Below are positions 17,437 to 25,796 of a DNA stretch of 40,391 bases, in pieces. Made by a program: the position numbers and the translations under genes. The first letter of the stretch is position 1. Every line of letters starts with the position of its first letter. The notes beneath the pieces were generated by a model. It was not told where the DNA came from. It saw nothing but the letters and a program-made list of their open reading frames with translations, and did no database searches. The stretch is from a virus (Duplodnaviria; Caudoviricetes). The stretch spans positions 1-40,391 of IMG/VR virus record IMGVR_UViG_3300025875_000061. One strand, 5' to 3'.

Positions 17437-17723
17437 TCCGCCACCCCCAGTGCGAGCGCGTCGGGGCAGGGCCAGGCGTTGCCGCAGCCCCCGCACGCCG
17501 AGCTGGTCGAGTCCACGGACCAGCGGCGCTCCACGTGCCGGGACCGCAACGCATCCACCAGCTCGTGCTCGCGCATCAGCCCGCGGATCGTGGGCAACTG
17601 CTCGATGGTGTCCGCCGCGGCCACATGCCAGTTCGGGCCGAGCTCCAGCTTCGCCGCGGCCGTCCAGATGATGTCCGACAACTGCCGGCCCAGGCGGGTC
17701 TGCTGCGGCTCCGGTGTGGTCAC
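17433..17723 (-). CDS. Hypothetical protein with H...CxxC...WPC motif
   Basis: 96 aa; CGGCGNAWPCPD; coupled overlaps. Confidence 0.6.
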   Translation of the reverse strand: MTTPEPQQTRLGRQLSDIIWTAAAKLELGPNWHVAAADTIEQLPTIRGLMREHELVDALRSRHVERRWSVDSTSSACGGCGNAWPCPDALALGVAE

Positions 17724-17968
17724 CGGTCGGCCCGTCCGTCGTGGACCCGAAGCTTGATCTGGCCGCGCTCCAACGCGAGGGCCAACGCGGTGCGGTTCGG
17801 GACGCCGGCCCGCCGTAGGATGCGGGTGAACCGGTTGTAGGCGGTGCCGCGGGCGATGCCCATGCGGCGGGCGACGGTGTCCGGGTCGGCACCGTCGGAC
17901 ATGAAGATGCCGATCATCTCCCGCTGTGCGGGGGTGACGACCACGATCCGGGGGCCGGAAGCGGTCAC
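17720..17968 (-). CDS. Stand-alone LuxR/GerE-type HTH protein
   Basis: VTPAQREM...VARRMGIARGTA...ILRRAGVPNRTALA. Confidence 0.75.
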   Translation of the reverse strand: MTASGPRIVVVTPAQREMIGIFMSDGADPDTVARRMGIARGTAYNRFTRILRRAGVPNRTALALALERGQIKLRVHDGRADR

Positions 17969-18117
17969 AGCTGCGTCACTCCAACCCAGCTCACACCGAC
18001 GGCCAGCGCGAACACCAACACAGCTGCGACCGGGTGGTGCTGGATTTGCGCCTCTGCCGATGCCGCGCCGAGGACCAAGCCGGCCAGGAGGCACAGCGTG
18101 ACGGATACGGCACTCAT
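17965..18117 (-). CDS. Small membrane protein (50 aa)
   Basis: Two hydrophobic segments; ATGA/GTGA overlaps. Confidence 0.55.
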   Translation of the reverse strand: MSAVSVTLCLLAGLVLGAASAEAQIQHHPVAAVLVFALAVGVSWVGVTQL

Positions 18118-18869
18118 GCCGCACCTGCCTGCTGCTGCCGTAAGACGTCGAGACCGGTGATCCGCGTACCGCAGGATCCGCACTCCGCGGCGCCGGCGTG
18201 CCAGCGGATGTTGCCGCCGCAGCCGCACAGCCGGCGGGTGGTGCGCGGCTCCGGTGCGTTCCGGTTCCGCAGCAGCGCCCACAGCTGCCGGACGTCGGCG
18301 TACAGCTCGTCGCACCAGTCCTGGGTGAGGATCCAGTCGAGGTGCGCAGCGATCAGCCGACGCTCGGACAGCACCGTGGCCGGGGTGTGGACGGTGGTGC
18401 GGAACGTCCACGCCCAGCAGGTGTGGTGCCCACAGGGTGGACTGTCGAGGTCGCACACTGGTCCGGGTGGGGCCGCGGCCCGCCTGTAGGCCAGCGCCTG
18501 GGTGGGTGGGGTGATGCTGCGTTCGGCGCGGACCAGTCGAGCCCAGGACTCCAGCACCTCGAGGACTCCGCGCCCGCGGTTGCCGTCCGGGTCGTCGGTG
18601 TCGCGGTCCCGGGAGCGCCGGTCACGCAGCACGAGCACGTCCAGTGCGGCGGGGGAGCGGTGGGAGGCGAGTCCGCCAGCCCCGCCGGGACCCGGCTCCC
18701 GGCCCTGCATCGACGGCCGGGCGTCCAGCTGCGCGTACTCCGAGTCGATGCGAGAGATCCAGTCGCCGAGCTTCGCGGCGTCCGGGCGGCACAGCAGGAT
18801 GCCGGGGGCCTGTGGTCGGGTGCAGCCGGCGTTGATGCACGGCGGGGTGTCGTGCTCGCGCTCGCTCAT
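18114..18869 (-). CDS. Cys-rich putative late-gene regulator
   Basis: 251 aa; N-terminal Cys cluster, LESWARLV, HLDW, C-terminal CGCGG...CGSCG zinc ribbon; near the end of the early operon. Function is inference. Confidence 0.6.
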   Translation of the reverse strand: MSEREHDTPPCINAGCTRPQAPGILLCRPDAAKLGDWISRIDSEYAQLDARPSMQGREPGPGGAGGLASHRSPAALDVLVLRDRRSRDRDTDDPDGNRGRGVLEVLESWARLVRAERSITPPTQALAYRRAAAPPGPVCDLDSPPCGHHTCWAWTFRTTVHTPATVLSERRLIAAHLDWILTQDWCDELYADVRQLWALLRNRNAPEPRTTRRLCGCGGNIRWHAGAAECGSCGTRITGLDVLRQQQAGAA

Positions 18870-19102
18870 CGCCCCAGCTCCTGGGCGCGCACCACGCCGG
18901 CTTCGACGGCGGTGAGGGCGCACGGCCGGTTGGCGACCCAGCACGTGGTGCAGAGCTTCCCGGCGGCGTCCCCGTTGTCCGAGTCCCACACCCCGGGGAC
19001 GGCGTGGTGGTGTCGGGATGCGGGGAGCCAGTCGCCTGCTGCCATCCGTCCGACCACGCTTCCGCCGGTCCACTCGCTTCGCTGGACGGTCTGCTCGCTC
19101 AC
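18866..19102 (-). CDS. Hypothetical protein (78 aa)
   Basis: HHHAVPGVWDSDNG...CTTC; coupled overlaps. Confidence 0.55.
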   Translation of the reverse strand: MSEQTVQRSEWTGGSVVGRMAAGDWLPASRHHHAVPGVWDSDNGDAAGKLCTTCWVANRPCALTAVEAGVVRAQELGR

Positions 19103-19281
19103 TGGCGTCCCTTCGCGTGCTGGCCGTAGGTCTCGGAGTTGCGGAGGTCGGTGACGTCGGCTTGGAGGCGGGCGAGCCAGCGGAGGGCGATCCAGGCGAG
19201 GGCGACGGACAGCAGGTCCGTGCCGAGGTCGATGTAGCCGTAGGCGGTGAGCCGGGTGAACCACGACCACGCTTCGCTCAC
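19099..19281 (-). CDS. Small membrane protein
   Basis: Single hydrophobic helix; GTGA overlaps. Confidence 0.5.
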   Translation of the reverse strand: MSEAWSWFTRLTAYGYIDLGTDLLSVALAWIALRWLARLQADVTDLRNSETYGQHAKGRQ

Positions 19282-20114
19282 CACCTCACGTCTCCTGCCG
19301 CGTTGGTGTGCTCACCGTCGCCGTGCGGGCCCTGGACGGCGCAGTGCCAGCCCGAGGCGCCGTGGGAGTAGACGTGGCAGGGCGACGCGTCAGCGGTGCG
19401 GTCGTGCTCGATCGCCTTGTCCGGGTCTGCGGTGCGCCAGTCCGGCCACACGCGGGCTTCGTTGCGGGCCTGCTTGGCGCGGACGGCATCGATGATCGCC
19501 TGCGGCTCGTGGCCGGCCCGCCAGGCGCCATCGAAGGCGAGGATCGCCACGTCGACCCACTCACTGAGGTCAGTGGGCGCGTCCTCGATCTCGGTCAGCT
19601 CCTTGCGGATGTGGTCGAGGACGCCGTTGGTCCACGGGCCGGGGCCGAACGCTTCCCGACTCCACGTCCGCTGCCGCTCGAAGTGCGCGGCGTCGAGCGC
19701 GTCCCCGCCGGGCTGGGTGCCGCCGAGTAGAGCCAGCAGCTCGTCGGCGACGTGTGCGGGCTCCCACTCCACGTGCTGGCAGCCACCGCCTGTGCAGCCC
19801 AGCGAATCCGGCCCGTCCCGGAAGGGGAGATGCTCGGCGATCACGCGTTCGACGGCTTCGCGGTGATCGGTGATTGCGCGGGCCAAATGCTCCTGTGCCG
19901 TAGGCGGGCAGCAACAGGATCCGAAGCAGACGTCCGAGTCCAGGCCGGTTGTTACACAGTGCGCGACCTGTTCCCGCCGCTGTTCCCCGGCCCCGGCGCG
20001 ACCGGAGGCGTGCTCGTGCCCGACGCGGATGCACTCGCGGCCGTCGTAGTCGAAGACGCACGGCCAGCTGCGCCCCTCGTCCTGCCCGTTGTCGGGCCGG
20101 TCCACGGCGGTCAC
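19278..20114 (-). CDS. DUF550 (dATP/dGTP pyrophosphohydrolase, MazG-like) domain protein
   Basis: WSREAFGPG...GVLDHIRKELTEI...DLSEWVDVAILAFDGAWRAG...KQARNEARVWPDW...AIEH; GTG 20114 by GTGA overlap. Confidence 0.88.
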   Translation of the reverse strand: MTAVDRPDNGQDEGRSWPCVFDYDGRECIRVGHEHASGRAGAGEQRREQVAHCVTTGLDSDVCFGSCCCPPTAQEHLARAITDHREAVERVIAEHLPFRDGPDSLGCTGGGCQHVEWEPAHVADELLALLGGTQPGGDALDAAHFERQRTWSREAFGPGPWTNGVLDHIRKELTEIEDAPTDLSEWVDVAILAFDGAWRAGHEPQAIIDAVRAKQARNEARVWPDWRTADPDKAIEHDRTADASPCHVYSHGASGWHCAVQGPHGDGEHTNAAGDVRW

Positions 20115-20239
20115 CGGGCTGGCCGTGAGGTCGAGGCGATGAAGTGACGCGGGTGCTTGTGCAGGTGGACACCGTAGGCGCGGCCCATGCACCAGCACGG
20201 GTAGACGACGCGCTCGCCGCCGACGACCAGGGCACTCAC
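20111..20239 (-). CDS. Hypothetical protein (42 aa)
   Basis: Fills the gap exactly with GTGA overlaps at both ends. Confidence 0.45.
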   Translation of the reverse strand: MSALVVGGERVVYPCWCMGRAYGVHLHKHPRHFIASTSRPAR

Positions 20240-20808
20240 CGCTCACCGCCCAGGGCGGCGCGGGCGGCATCACGCTCTGCCCGCAGCGTGCGGACGTGGG
20301 CAGTGAGCATCTCGATCGAGGCGCGCGCCTTGGCGAGATCAGCGCGCAGCATCTCCGTGTCAGCGGACGGCCGGGCGGCGAGGAGTTGAGCGGCTGCGGC
20401 ATTCCAGTCGATGGGTCGCACGGTGCCGAGCACGTACGGCTCGAACATCTCCCGCAACGCCGTAACGAACTCGCGCTCGTCGTTTTGCCGCGCCTCGGCC
20501 GGGGGCTGCACGACGTCGCCCGGAAGATAGATGTCGTCGTGCAGATCAGCCGGGGGCTCGGACGGCGCGGCGGGGATGACTGCCCAACCCACCAGATGCC
20601 GCTGAGCGGGGGGTGCAGCGGCCACCGCTGCTTGATACGAGACGGCGTCGGGATCGTTCTGCCACCCCGGGCTGTATGGGTCCCACTCGTCGCCGGGCTG
20701 CCGACGCGCCACGGGCCGGTGGTTGTTGCACCAACGCCAGTGCAGGCCCTCGGTGCGCTCGCAGACTGCGCACACCTCCCCGTCTCCGGGCGGCGGGACG
20801 GCGGTCAC
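20236..20808 (-). CDS. Hypothetical protein (N-terminal CxxC..H..C, C-terminal coiled coil)
   Basis: 190-aa ORF in the coupled operon. Confidence 0.6.
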   Translation of the reverse strand: MTAVPPPGDGEVCAVCERTEGLHWRWCNNHRPVARRQPGDEWDPYSPGWQNDPDAVSYQAAVAAAPPAQRHLVGWAVIPAAPSEPPADLHDDIYLPGDVVQPPAEARQNDEREFVTALREMFEPYVLGTVRPIDWNAAAAQLLAARPSADTEMLRADLAKARASIEMLTAHVRTLRAERDAARAALGGER

Positions 20809-21014
20809 CGGTTCACCTCAAAGGACACAACGATCAGCTCGTCCTCAGCCGTCACGGTGAGGTCGGTGTCGTACGCGATCGGGCGGTCGTTGAAGCTCTG
20901 GAACGACGTCTCGGCAGCCGCCACCGCCTTGTACAGCTCCGTGCCATTCGTCGGACTGCGGAGTTCGTAGCGGATGCGTCGGGTTGTGACCTCGGTACGC
21001 ACGTAGTCAGCCAT
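20805..21014 (-). CDS. Hypothetical protein (69 aa)
   Basis: GAGGAG RBS before ATG 21014. Confidence 0.65.
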   Translation of the reverse strand: MADYVRTEVTTRRIRYELRSPTNGTELYKAVAAAETSFQSFNDRPIAYDTDLTVTAEDELIVVSFEVNR

Positions 21015-21309
21015 GATCGGTCTCCTCGCTGGTTGTGGGGTGGGCGGCACGGAGCGCAGAGGCGCGGGCGCTCAGACGGGCGGCCTCGCCTTCCAGCGCG
21101 GCTTGGGTGTCGTCGTCGTAGCCCCAGCTCGCCTCGTCGGATGCCGCGTAGGCGATGCCACTGGCCGCCGCCTCCAGCGCGTCGGCTGCGGCTTCGGCGC
21201 ACAGGCGGTCCACCAGCTCGGTGAGGCTGTCGGCGCGCATCGAGCTCGGCTGTGTGTGCTCGCCGTACTGGGCGTGCAGCCAGGCCGCCAGCTCCTCGCG
21301 GCGGGTCAT
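21007..21309 (-). CDS. Hypothetical protein
   Basis: 100 aa; ATGA overlap. Confidence 0.6.
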   Translation of the reverse strand: MTRREELAAWLHAQYGEHTQPSSMRADSLTELVDRLCAEAAADALEAAASGIAYAASDEASWGYDDDTQAALEGEAARLSARASALRAAHPTTSEETDHG

Positions 21310-21758
21310 AAGCCGGGCGCCGTGGCGAGAGCGGTGCGGATGCCGGTGAGAGCCCGCTCGTAGGCCATCGCCCGCGCCCGGGCCTCAGATCGCACTGCCG
21401 GTTCCCAAGCGTTTTCGTGGTAGTTCGCGGCGTTCTTTCGCCAGCCCTCCAGCTCCTCGGCGAGCGCTTCGACTGCGCGGAGGGCGGCGATCAGCTCCGG
21501 CACCGCGTTGACGGCGGCCACGATCAAAGCGGCGTTGGCCCTGGCGTCGTCGTCCTCTCGGCCACGCCCATCGGTCTGGATCATGGCGACCGTGCCCGCG
21601 TCGTCCTGGACGTCCCACCACCAGCTGTCCGGTTGGCCGCGGGTGCTCCCGAGCTTCCAGAAGACGACGTCGGTCTGCCACGGGCCTTCTGACGCGCCGT
21701 CCGCGTGCAGCTGCTCCAGGTGGTCGCACACGGCGGTGACCGGCGACGGCTCAGGCAT
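21306..21758 (-). CDS. Ead/Ea22-like protein
   Basis: ASEGPW...ANAALIVAAVNAVPELIAAL pattern. Confidence 0.6.
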   Translation of the reverse strand: MPEPSPVTAVCDHLEQLHADGASEGPWQTDVVFWKLGSTRGQPDSWWWDVQDDAGTVAMIQTDGRGREDDDARANAALIVAAVNAVPELIAALRAVEALAEELEGWRKNAANYHENAWEPAVRSEARARAMAYERALTGIRTALATAPGL

Positions 21759-22173
21759 CGGAACCCCCGGACACGGCGGCGCGGACCTCGTAGACCGCGT
21801 ACTCGAAGGTCTCCTGCTCCCGCGCTTCCGCCAGCTCGGCGTCGGCTGCCTCGCGGGTCGGGTGCACGGTGCCGTCCCAGTCGTCGATCAGCCCGCCGGG
21901 GATAGCCGGATGCGGTCGGCAGAGCATGTAGCCGGCCGCCCCCTGCTGACCGATCACGGCCAGAGCAGCATCGGCACGGTCTAGGTACAACTCCTGCCAA
22001 TCGACCCAGCCCTCGTCCGCAGATTCCGGAGTGAGGTAGTCGGACTCGCAGATCGCCCGCGCCACCTGCTCGCGGAGCACCTCGGGTGGGGTGGGCGACG
22101 ACTCGGGCACCGCCTCCGTGCGCGGCGGGATCTGCGAACGTGCGGGCGTGTCGCCGGCTTCCTGCGGGGTCAT
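21751..22173 (-). CDS. Hypothetical protein
   Basis: 140 aa; EQVARAICE...YLDRADAALA module; ATGA overlap. Confidence 0.6.
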   Translation of the reverse strand: MTPQEAGDTPARSQIPPRTEAVPESSPTPPEVLREQVARAICESDYLTPESADEGWVDWQELYLDRADAALAVIGQQGAAGYMLCRPHPAIPGGLIDDWDGTVHPTREAADAELAEAREQETFEYAVYEVRAAVSGGSDA

Positions 22174-22301
22174 GCCGCGAGCTCGTGGTCTGCCTGGGTG
22201 CGGCGGGTTCGGCGTGCCGGGGCGGTGAGGGTGGCCCAGCCGGCGGCGAGGAGGACGGCTGCGGTGGTCCAGCCGGCGGTGATGGTGAGAGCGAGGTTCA
22301 C
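22170..22301 (-). CDS. Small membrane protein (43 aa)
   Basis: AGGAG RBS; MNLALTITAGWTTAAVLLAAGW... Confidence 0.55.
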   Translation of the reverse strand: MNLALTITAGWTTAAVLLAAGWATLTAPARRTRRTQADHELAA

Positions 22302-22768
22302 GGTCGGTCTCCTGTCTCGGACGGGGCCTCGTCCGGGGTGCTGAGCGTAGCGCGCTGGTTGGTGTTCCGTCCATCAGTGGTGGACGGCGGGGCGGCGCGT
22401 TGGGCGAGGGCGGCGCGTGCGGCGCGGAACGCCCGGCGTCCGGGTCCGTCGGGGTCGGCGATCTGCTCGGGTCGGAGTGGGACGTGTTCGGCCAGGTCTC
22501 GCGGCGGGGTCCAGCCGAGGTCTTGGAAGGCGGTGACGAGGGCCTTGCCGCGGTCGTCGGCGTGGGGTGAGCCCCAGTCTTCGAGCATGCCGGCAGCGGT
22601 GATCTGCGCCTTGGCGATCTGGCCGACGTGGTGGGGGGTTTTGCTCGTGTGCGCGGTACTCAACTTCAAGATCCTCTCGCAGGGTGAGTAGTAGTTCTCC
22701 GTCAGTCCGTCCGTCCGTGCATAGCGCCGGGCATGCGTCCGGCTATGCGTCTGGCATGCCGCGCGCAT
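22298..22768 (-). CDS. Hypothetical protein overlapping the replication initiator 3' end
   Basis: Open frame with a plausible C-terminal half (ALVTAFQDLGWTPP); start uncertain. Confidence 0.45.
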   Translation of the reverse strand: MRAACQTHSRTHARRYARTDGLTENYYSPCERILKLSTAHTSKTPHHVGQIAKAQITAAGMLEDWGSPHADDRGKALVTAFQDLGWTPPRDLAEHVPLRPEQIADPDGPGRRAFRAARAALAQRAAPPSTTDGRNTNQRATLSTPDEAPSETGDRP

Positions 22769-22770
22769 CG
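22700..22770. repeat. Iteron-like GCAT/ATGC repeats, candidate replication origin
   Basis: Minus strand GCATGCCAGAC-GCATAGCCGGAC-GCATGCCCGGC-GCTATGCACGG then (ACGG)n, followed by an AT-richer tract. Confidence 0.5.
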
Positions 22771-23144
22771 GCTGGTCGGATGGTGCGGACCTTGCTCGCG
22801 GCATCGGCAGCCCAGCGGCGGCGAGCCGCCTCACGGGCCCGCTCGGAACGGCGCTGGGTCTCCTCGGTCGACTCCTGGAAGTCGCTCCAGTCGTGGATCT
22901 GCCAGCCGCCCTCGGCGACGTCCCAGAGGCCGACATCGACCAGGCGGCGGGCATCGACCGTCCGGCCGTTGAGCCGGCCGAGCGCGAACTCCTCGATGAG
23001 CCCGTCGGTGCCGTGCTTCCCGGCGTAGGCCAGGGAGCAGCACCAGACGAACGCGGCCCGGTGGCCCTCCTTCATGGCGAGGAGTCGCAGCACCTTCGGG
23101 TTGTCGGGCATGGACGTGTCGAGCCTGATCCATGGCAGGGGCAT
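22743..23144 (-). CDS. Replication initiator (RepA-like winged-helix) protein
   Basis: PWIRLD...NPK, TDGLI, LVDVGLW...GWQIHDWSDFQ signature; 133 aa. Confidence 0.78.
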   Translation of the reverse strand: MPLPWIRLDTSMPDNPKVLRLLAMKEGHRAAFVWCCSLAYAGKHGTDGLIEEFALGRLNGRTVDARRLVDVGLWDVAEGGWQIHDWSDFQESTEETQRRSERAREAARRRWAADAASKVRTIRPADARGMPDA

Positions 23145-23293
23145 CAGGCGGCCGTCCGTCGCGGCTTGACGCGCTGGTAGTCGGCGCCGTGGCAGACGGG
23201 CCACATCTCGGCGAGCCACATGTCGCGAAGGGCGCGCTGCTCGGGGCTGAGGCGTGACTGCAGGTCGTCAGTTGGTGGTGGGTCGGTTGGCAT
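23144..23293 (-). CDS. Hypothetical protein (49 aa)
   Basis: AGGGGA RBS; TGATG overlap with the initiator gene. Confidence 0.5.
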   Translation of the reverse strand: MPTDPPPTDDLQSRLSPEQRALRDMWLAEMWPVCHGADYQRVKPRRTAA

Positions 23294-23368
23294 GGCAGTT
23301 CCCCTGCTGGCCGGGTGTGGGTGGTGGGCGGCCGGGTGGGTGGTGGCCCGCGACCTACCGTGGGCGCC

Positions 23369-23569
23369 GTGACCGAGCCGGACCGCCGTGTCCCCGCGGA
23401 TCCGGTGCTGGTCGTGGTGGAGCACGAGGGCGCGTGGTGGCCGGGGACGTTGCGGGAGTGGGCGCGGTGGGACAGCACCGGGTGGCGCGGGTACTGCACG
23501 TGGACGGTGGCGCCGGGCTCGACGTTCTTGCGGTGGGTGCCGGAGGCGCGGGTGCGGCTGCGGGGGTAG
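23369..23569 (+). CDS. Small Trp-rich beta protein, antisense to the early operon
   Basis: 66 aa; VLVVVEHEGAWWPGTLREW...WRGYCTW...WVPEARVR; -10 TACCGT 7 nt before GTG. Confidence 0.65.
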   Translation: MTEPDRRVPADPVLVVVEHEGAWWPGTLREWARWDSTGWRGYCTWTVAPGSTFLRWVPEARVRLRG

Positions 23570-23573
23570 GTGG

Positions 23574-24548
23574 TCATGCGGCGGCTTCTCGTGCAGCCGC
23601 GCGGGCAGCACGCACCTGGGTGGTGTTGCGGATCCGCTTGACCGTCGTCTCGTCGGATCGCACCCGGTCGGCGATGGCCGCGGCGCCCAGCCCGGCCGTC
23701 AGGAGCCGCTCAACCGCGTGGTCGAGGGTCCGGCCGGTCAAGCGCATCGGCTGCCCGTCGAGCACCAGCTCGACGGCGTGCTCGTCGACCGACTCGTCGT
23801 CGTCGACGTCCATGGTGATCGGCTCGGCGGCGGGGTTGTCGATGGTGTCGTCGTCCCATGCGGCGGGCGGCAGCCAGCCGGCGCGCTTCGCCCGGTTCAT
23901 GGTGCGGGTGATCGCGCCCTGCTCGAACCGGTCGGCCGCCGTGGGCGGCTGGTCCCAGCGTTCGTCGTAGGCCTTCGTGATGGCCTGGGCGGTGCGGGCG
24001 AGGACTTGCCCGCCGTGGAGGGCGCCGTCGAGGCTCTGCCGGTCGAGATCGGCTGCGGCTGCGATCCGGTCGACTGACCATCCGACGACGGCCAGGGCCT
24101 GCAGGCGGCGCCGGGTGCCGGTGCCGTCCACGATGACCCCGCCCGGGAGCTGGGTGACCGTCGGGACGGGTACAGCGAGCAGGGCGCGGGCGACGTCGGG
24201 CTTCATCCGCTTGGTCGGTGGCTCGATCCGGCCGTCCTCCCGTCGCCGGCCGTACAGCAACCGGGACACCGCGGAGGCGTGCACGCCGGCGACTCGCGCG
24301 ACGCGTTTCCAGCCGACGCCGGCGGCCAGCACCTCGTGTACGTGGGCGCGGACAGGCGCGGCGTCGACCCAGGTGGTGGTGGGCCGGCCGTAGCCCTGGA
24401 GGCGGTGGCGCCGGTTCTCGTACTCGCTGTTGGCCGCGGAGCACGGCAGGCAGCGGCAGCGGTCCAGAGCGTAAGCCAGTCGGGTGCCGTGCTGGTGCCG
24501 AGCCTGTTTGTGCAGGCACGGTTGGGGGGTGCGGTCGACGGCGGTCAT
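23574..24548 (-). CDS. DNA-binding protein with zinc-finger and HTH repeats
   Basis: HGT..AY...CRCLPC; VDAAPVRAHV HTH; GTRRRLQAL..GWS second HTH; PPAAWDDDTID. Confidence 0.75.
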   Translation of the reverse strand: MTAVDRTPQPCLHKQARHQHGTRLAYALDRCRCLPCSAANSEYENRRHRLQGYGRPTTTWVDAAPVRAHVHEVLAAGVGWKRVARVAGVHASAVSRLLYGRRREDGRIEPPTKRMKPDVARALLAVPVPTVTQLPGGVIVDGTGTRRRLQALAVVGWSVDRIAAAADLDRQSLDGALHGGQVLARTAQAITKAYDERWDQPPTAADRFEQGAITRTMNRAKRAGWLPPAAWDDDTIDNPAAEPITMDVDDDESVDEHAVELVLDGQPMRLTGRTLDHAVERLLTAGLGAAAIADRVRSDETTVKRIRNTTQVRAARAAAREAAA

Positions 24549-24853
24549 GGCTGGTACTCCTGCGGGTCCACGCCGAGGGCGGTGAGGGCCTGGAGGACGG
24601 CGGCGTCGAGGGTGGGGTGGTCGCCGCGGTCGACGACGGCGATGGCGCGCCAGGACCCGTCGGCGTCGGTGCGCCACACCTCGCCGCGGCGGACCTGGAC
24701 GCGGCGGGGCTCCGGCGCTGGTGGTGGTTCCGGGTCGGGCTCGGTGTGGTGCGGGCAGGTGCAGGTGACGCCGACGTAGGTGCCGCGGCAGTGCTGATGG
24801 CGACCGGCGCCGCAGAACCCGCTGACGTACGTGGACGGGACAGTGGCGCTCAT
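24545..24853 (-). CDS. Hypothetical Cys/His-rich protein
   Basis: 102 aa; C..G.H.HC...CTCPHH. Confidence 0.6.
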   Translation of the reverse strand: MSATVPSTYVSGFCGAGRHQHCRGTYVGVTCTCPHHTEPDPEPPPAPEPRRVQVRRGEVWRTDADGSWRAIAVVDRGDHPTLDAAVLQALTALGVDPQEYQP

Positions 24854-25275
24854 GCCGCTGCCTCGGTCGGCTCAGCGAGGTTGACGACGAGCAGCTGCAG
24901 CTGGGGCAGCAGCGTGGGGGTCGAGTAGACCTTCCGGGCGGTGACGGCGACGACCTGCGCGTCGTCCACCCACAGCCCGCCGACGGTGACCGCGTCGAAC
25001 GTGGCCCGCAGCAGCTTGTCCAGGTCCGGTTTCTTCTCCGGTGCCCACCGCTTCTTGGGTGCGGATGGTGGTCGGGGGAGGACGAACGTGGCGCGCACCT
25101 CCAGCGGGCCGGTGAGCAGGTGCTGGTCGCCCATGGCGTCGCGGACGTGCCAGGCGACGGAGTCCCGCCACGGCTTGAGCCGGTTGTTGTCCGACGTCAT
25201 CCGGCCTCGGCCGAGCGCCTTCATCGAGCCCTGCGGGATCGGCTCCCCGAGGACGTGGACCACGACGGCGGTCAC
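24850..25275 (-). CDS. rusA: RusA-family Holliday junction resolvase
   Basis: GEPIPQGS, KPDLDKLLRATFDA, DDAQV catalytic motifs. Confidence 0.92.
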   Translation of the reverse strand: MTAVVVHVLGEPIPQGSMKALGRGRMTSDNNRLKPWRDSVAWHVRDAMGDQHLLTGPLEVRATFVLPRPPSAPKKRWAPEKKPDLDKLLRATFDAVTVGGLWVDDAQVVAVTARKVYSTPTLLPQLQLLVVNLAEPTEAAA

Positions 25276-25796
25276 TGTGGTGGCTCCATGGCAGCTCGCC
25301 GCGCTTCGCCTATGGCGATCGATTCGGCCTGGCTTGGGTACGACTGGATGTGCTCGGGTGCCACTCCAGCCTGGTCCAGCCACTCGTAGGTCAACTCCAG
25401 GTTGTCGCCGAACTCAAGTACCTGCGCGAGCTCACGAGCAACCTCGTCGGAAACGTGACGCAACAGGTAGCCGATGGCGAACTGGTCCGCGAAGTCGGCG
25501 TAGGCGTTGCCCATCTCCTGAACGTCGGCGACGGGAGCCTCGGCGATCACTGACATCTGGCGCATCAGGTGCAAGGCGAGGCCATGGGCGGCGTGCGCGT
25601 GGGCGAGGTAGTACGTCGACCACTGCGCGGCGGTGCCGTCAAAGTCGGGCGACGGCACCACCTCGTGCGGAGGCCGGATCTCACCTGTCGGCACGAGGAT
25701 GTTGCAGTCGCGGTACTTGGCCTCCGGGGCGAACGGCGCCGCTTCGAACCGGCGCAGCGTCGTGAGCTCGTCCGCGGTGAACTCTGGCGTGGTCAT
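25272..25796 (-). CDS. Hypothetical protein
   Basis: 174 aa; ATGA/GTGA overlaps. Confidence 0.65.
   Translation of the reverse strand: MTTPEFTADELTTLRRFEAAPFAPEAKYRDCNILVPTGEIRPPHEVVPSPDFDGTAAQWSTYYLAHAHAAHGLALHLMRQMSVIAEAPVADVQEMGNAYADFADQFAIGYLLRHVSDEVARELAQVLEFGDNLELTYEWLDQAGVAPEHIQSYPSQAESIAIGEARRAAMEPPQ

Noticed and set aside
19278-20114. Z-base (2-aminoadenine) genome pathway
   Set aside because: DUF550 is present, but no PurZ, HD-family dATPase or DNA polymerase is encoded.
22831-23577. 248-aa minus-strand ORF with ATGA overlap
   Set aside because: Low-complexity translation overlapping three better-supported genes.
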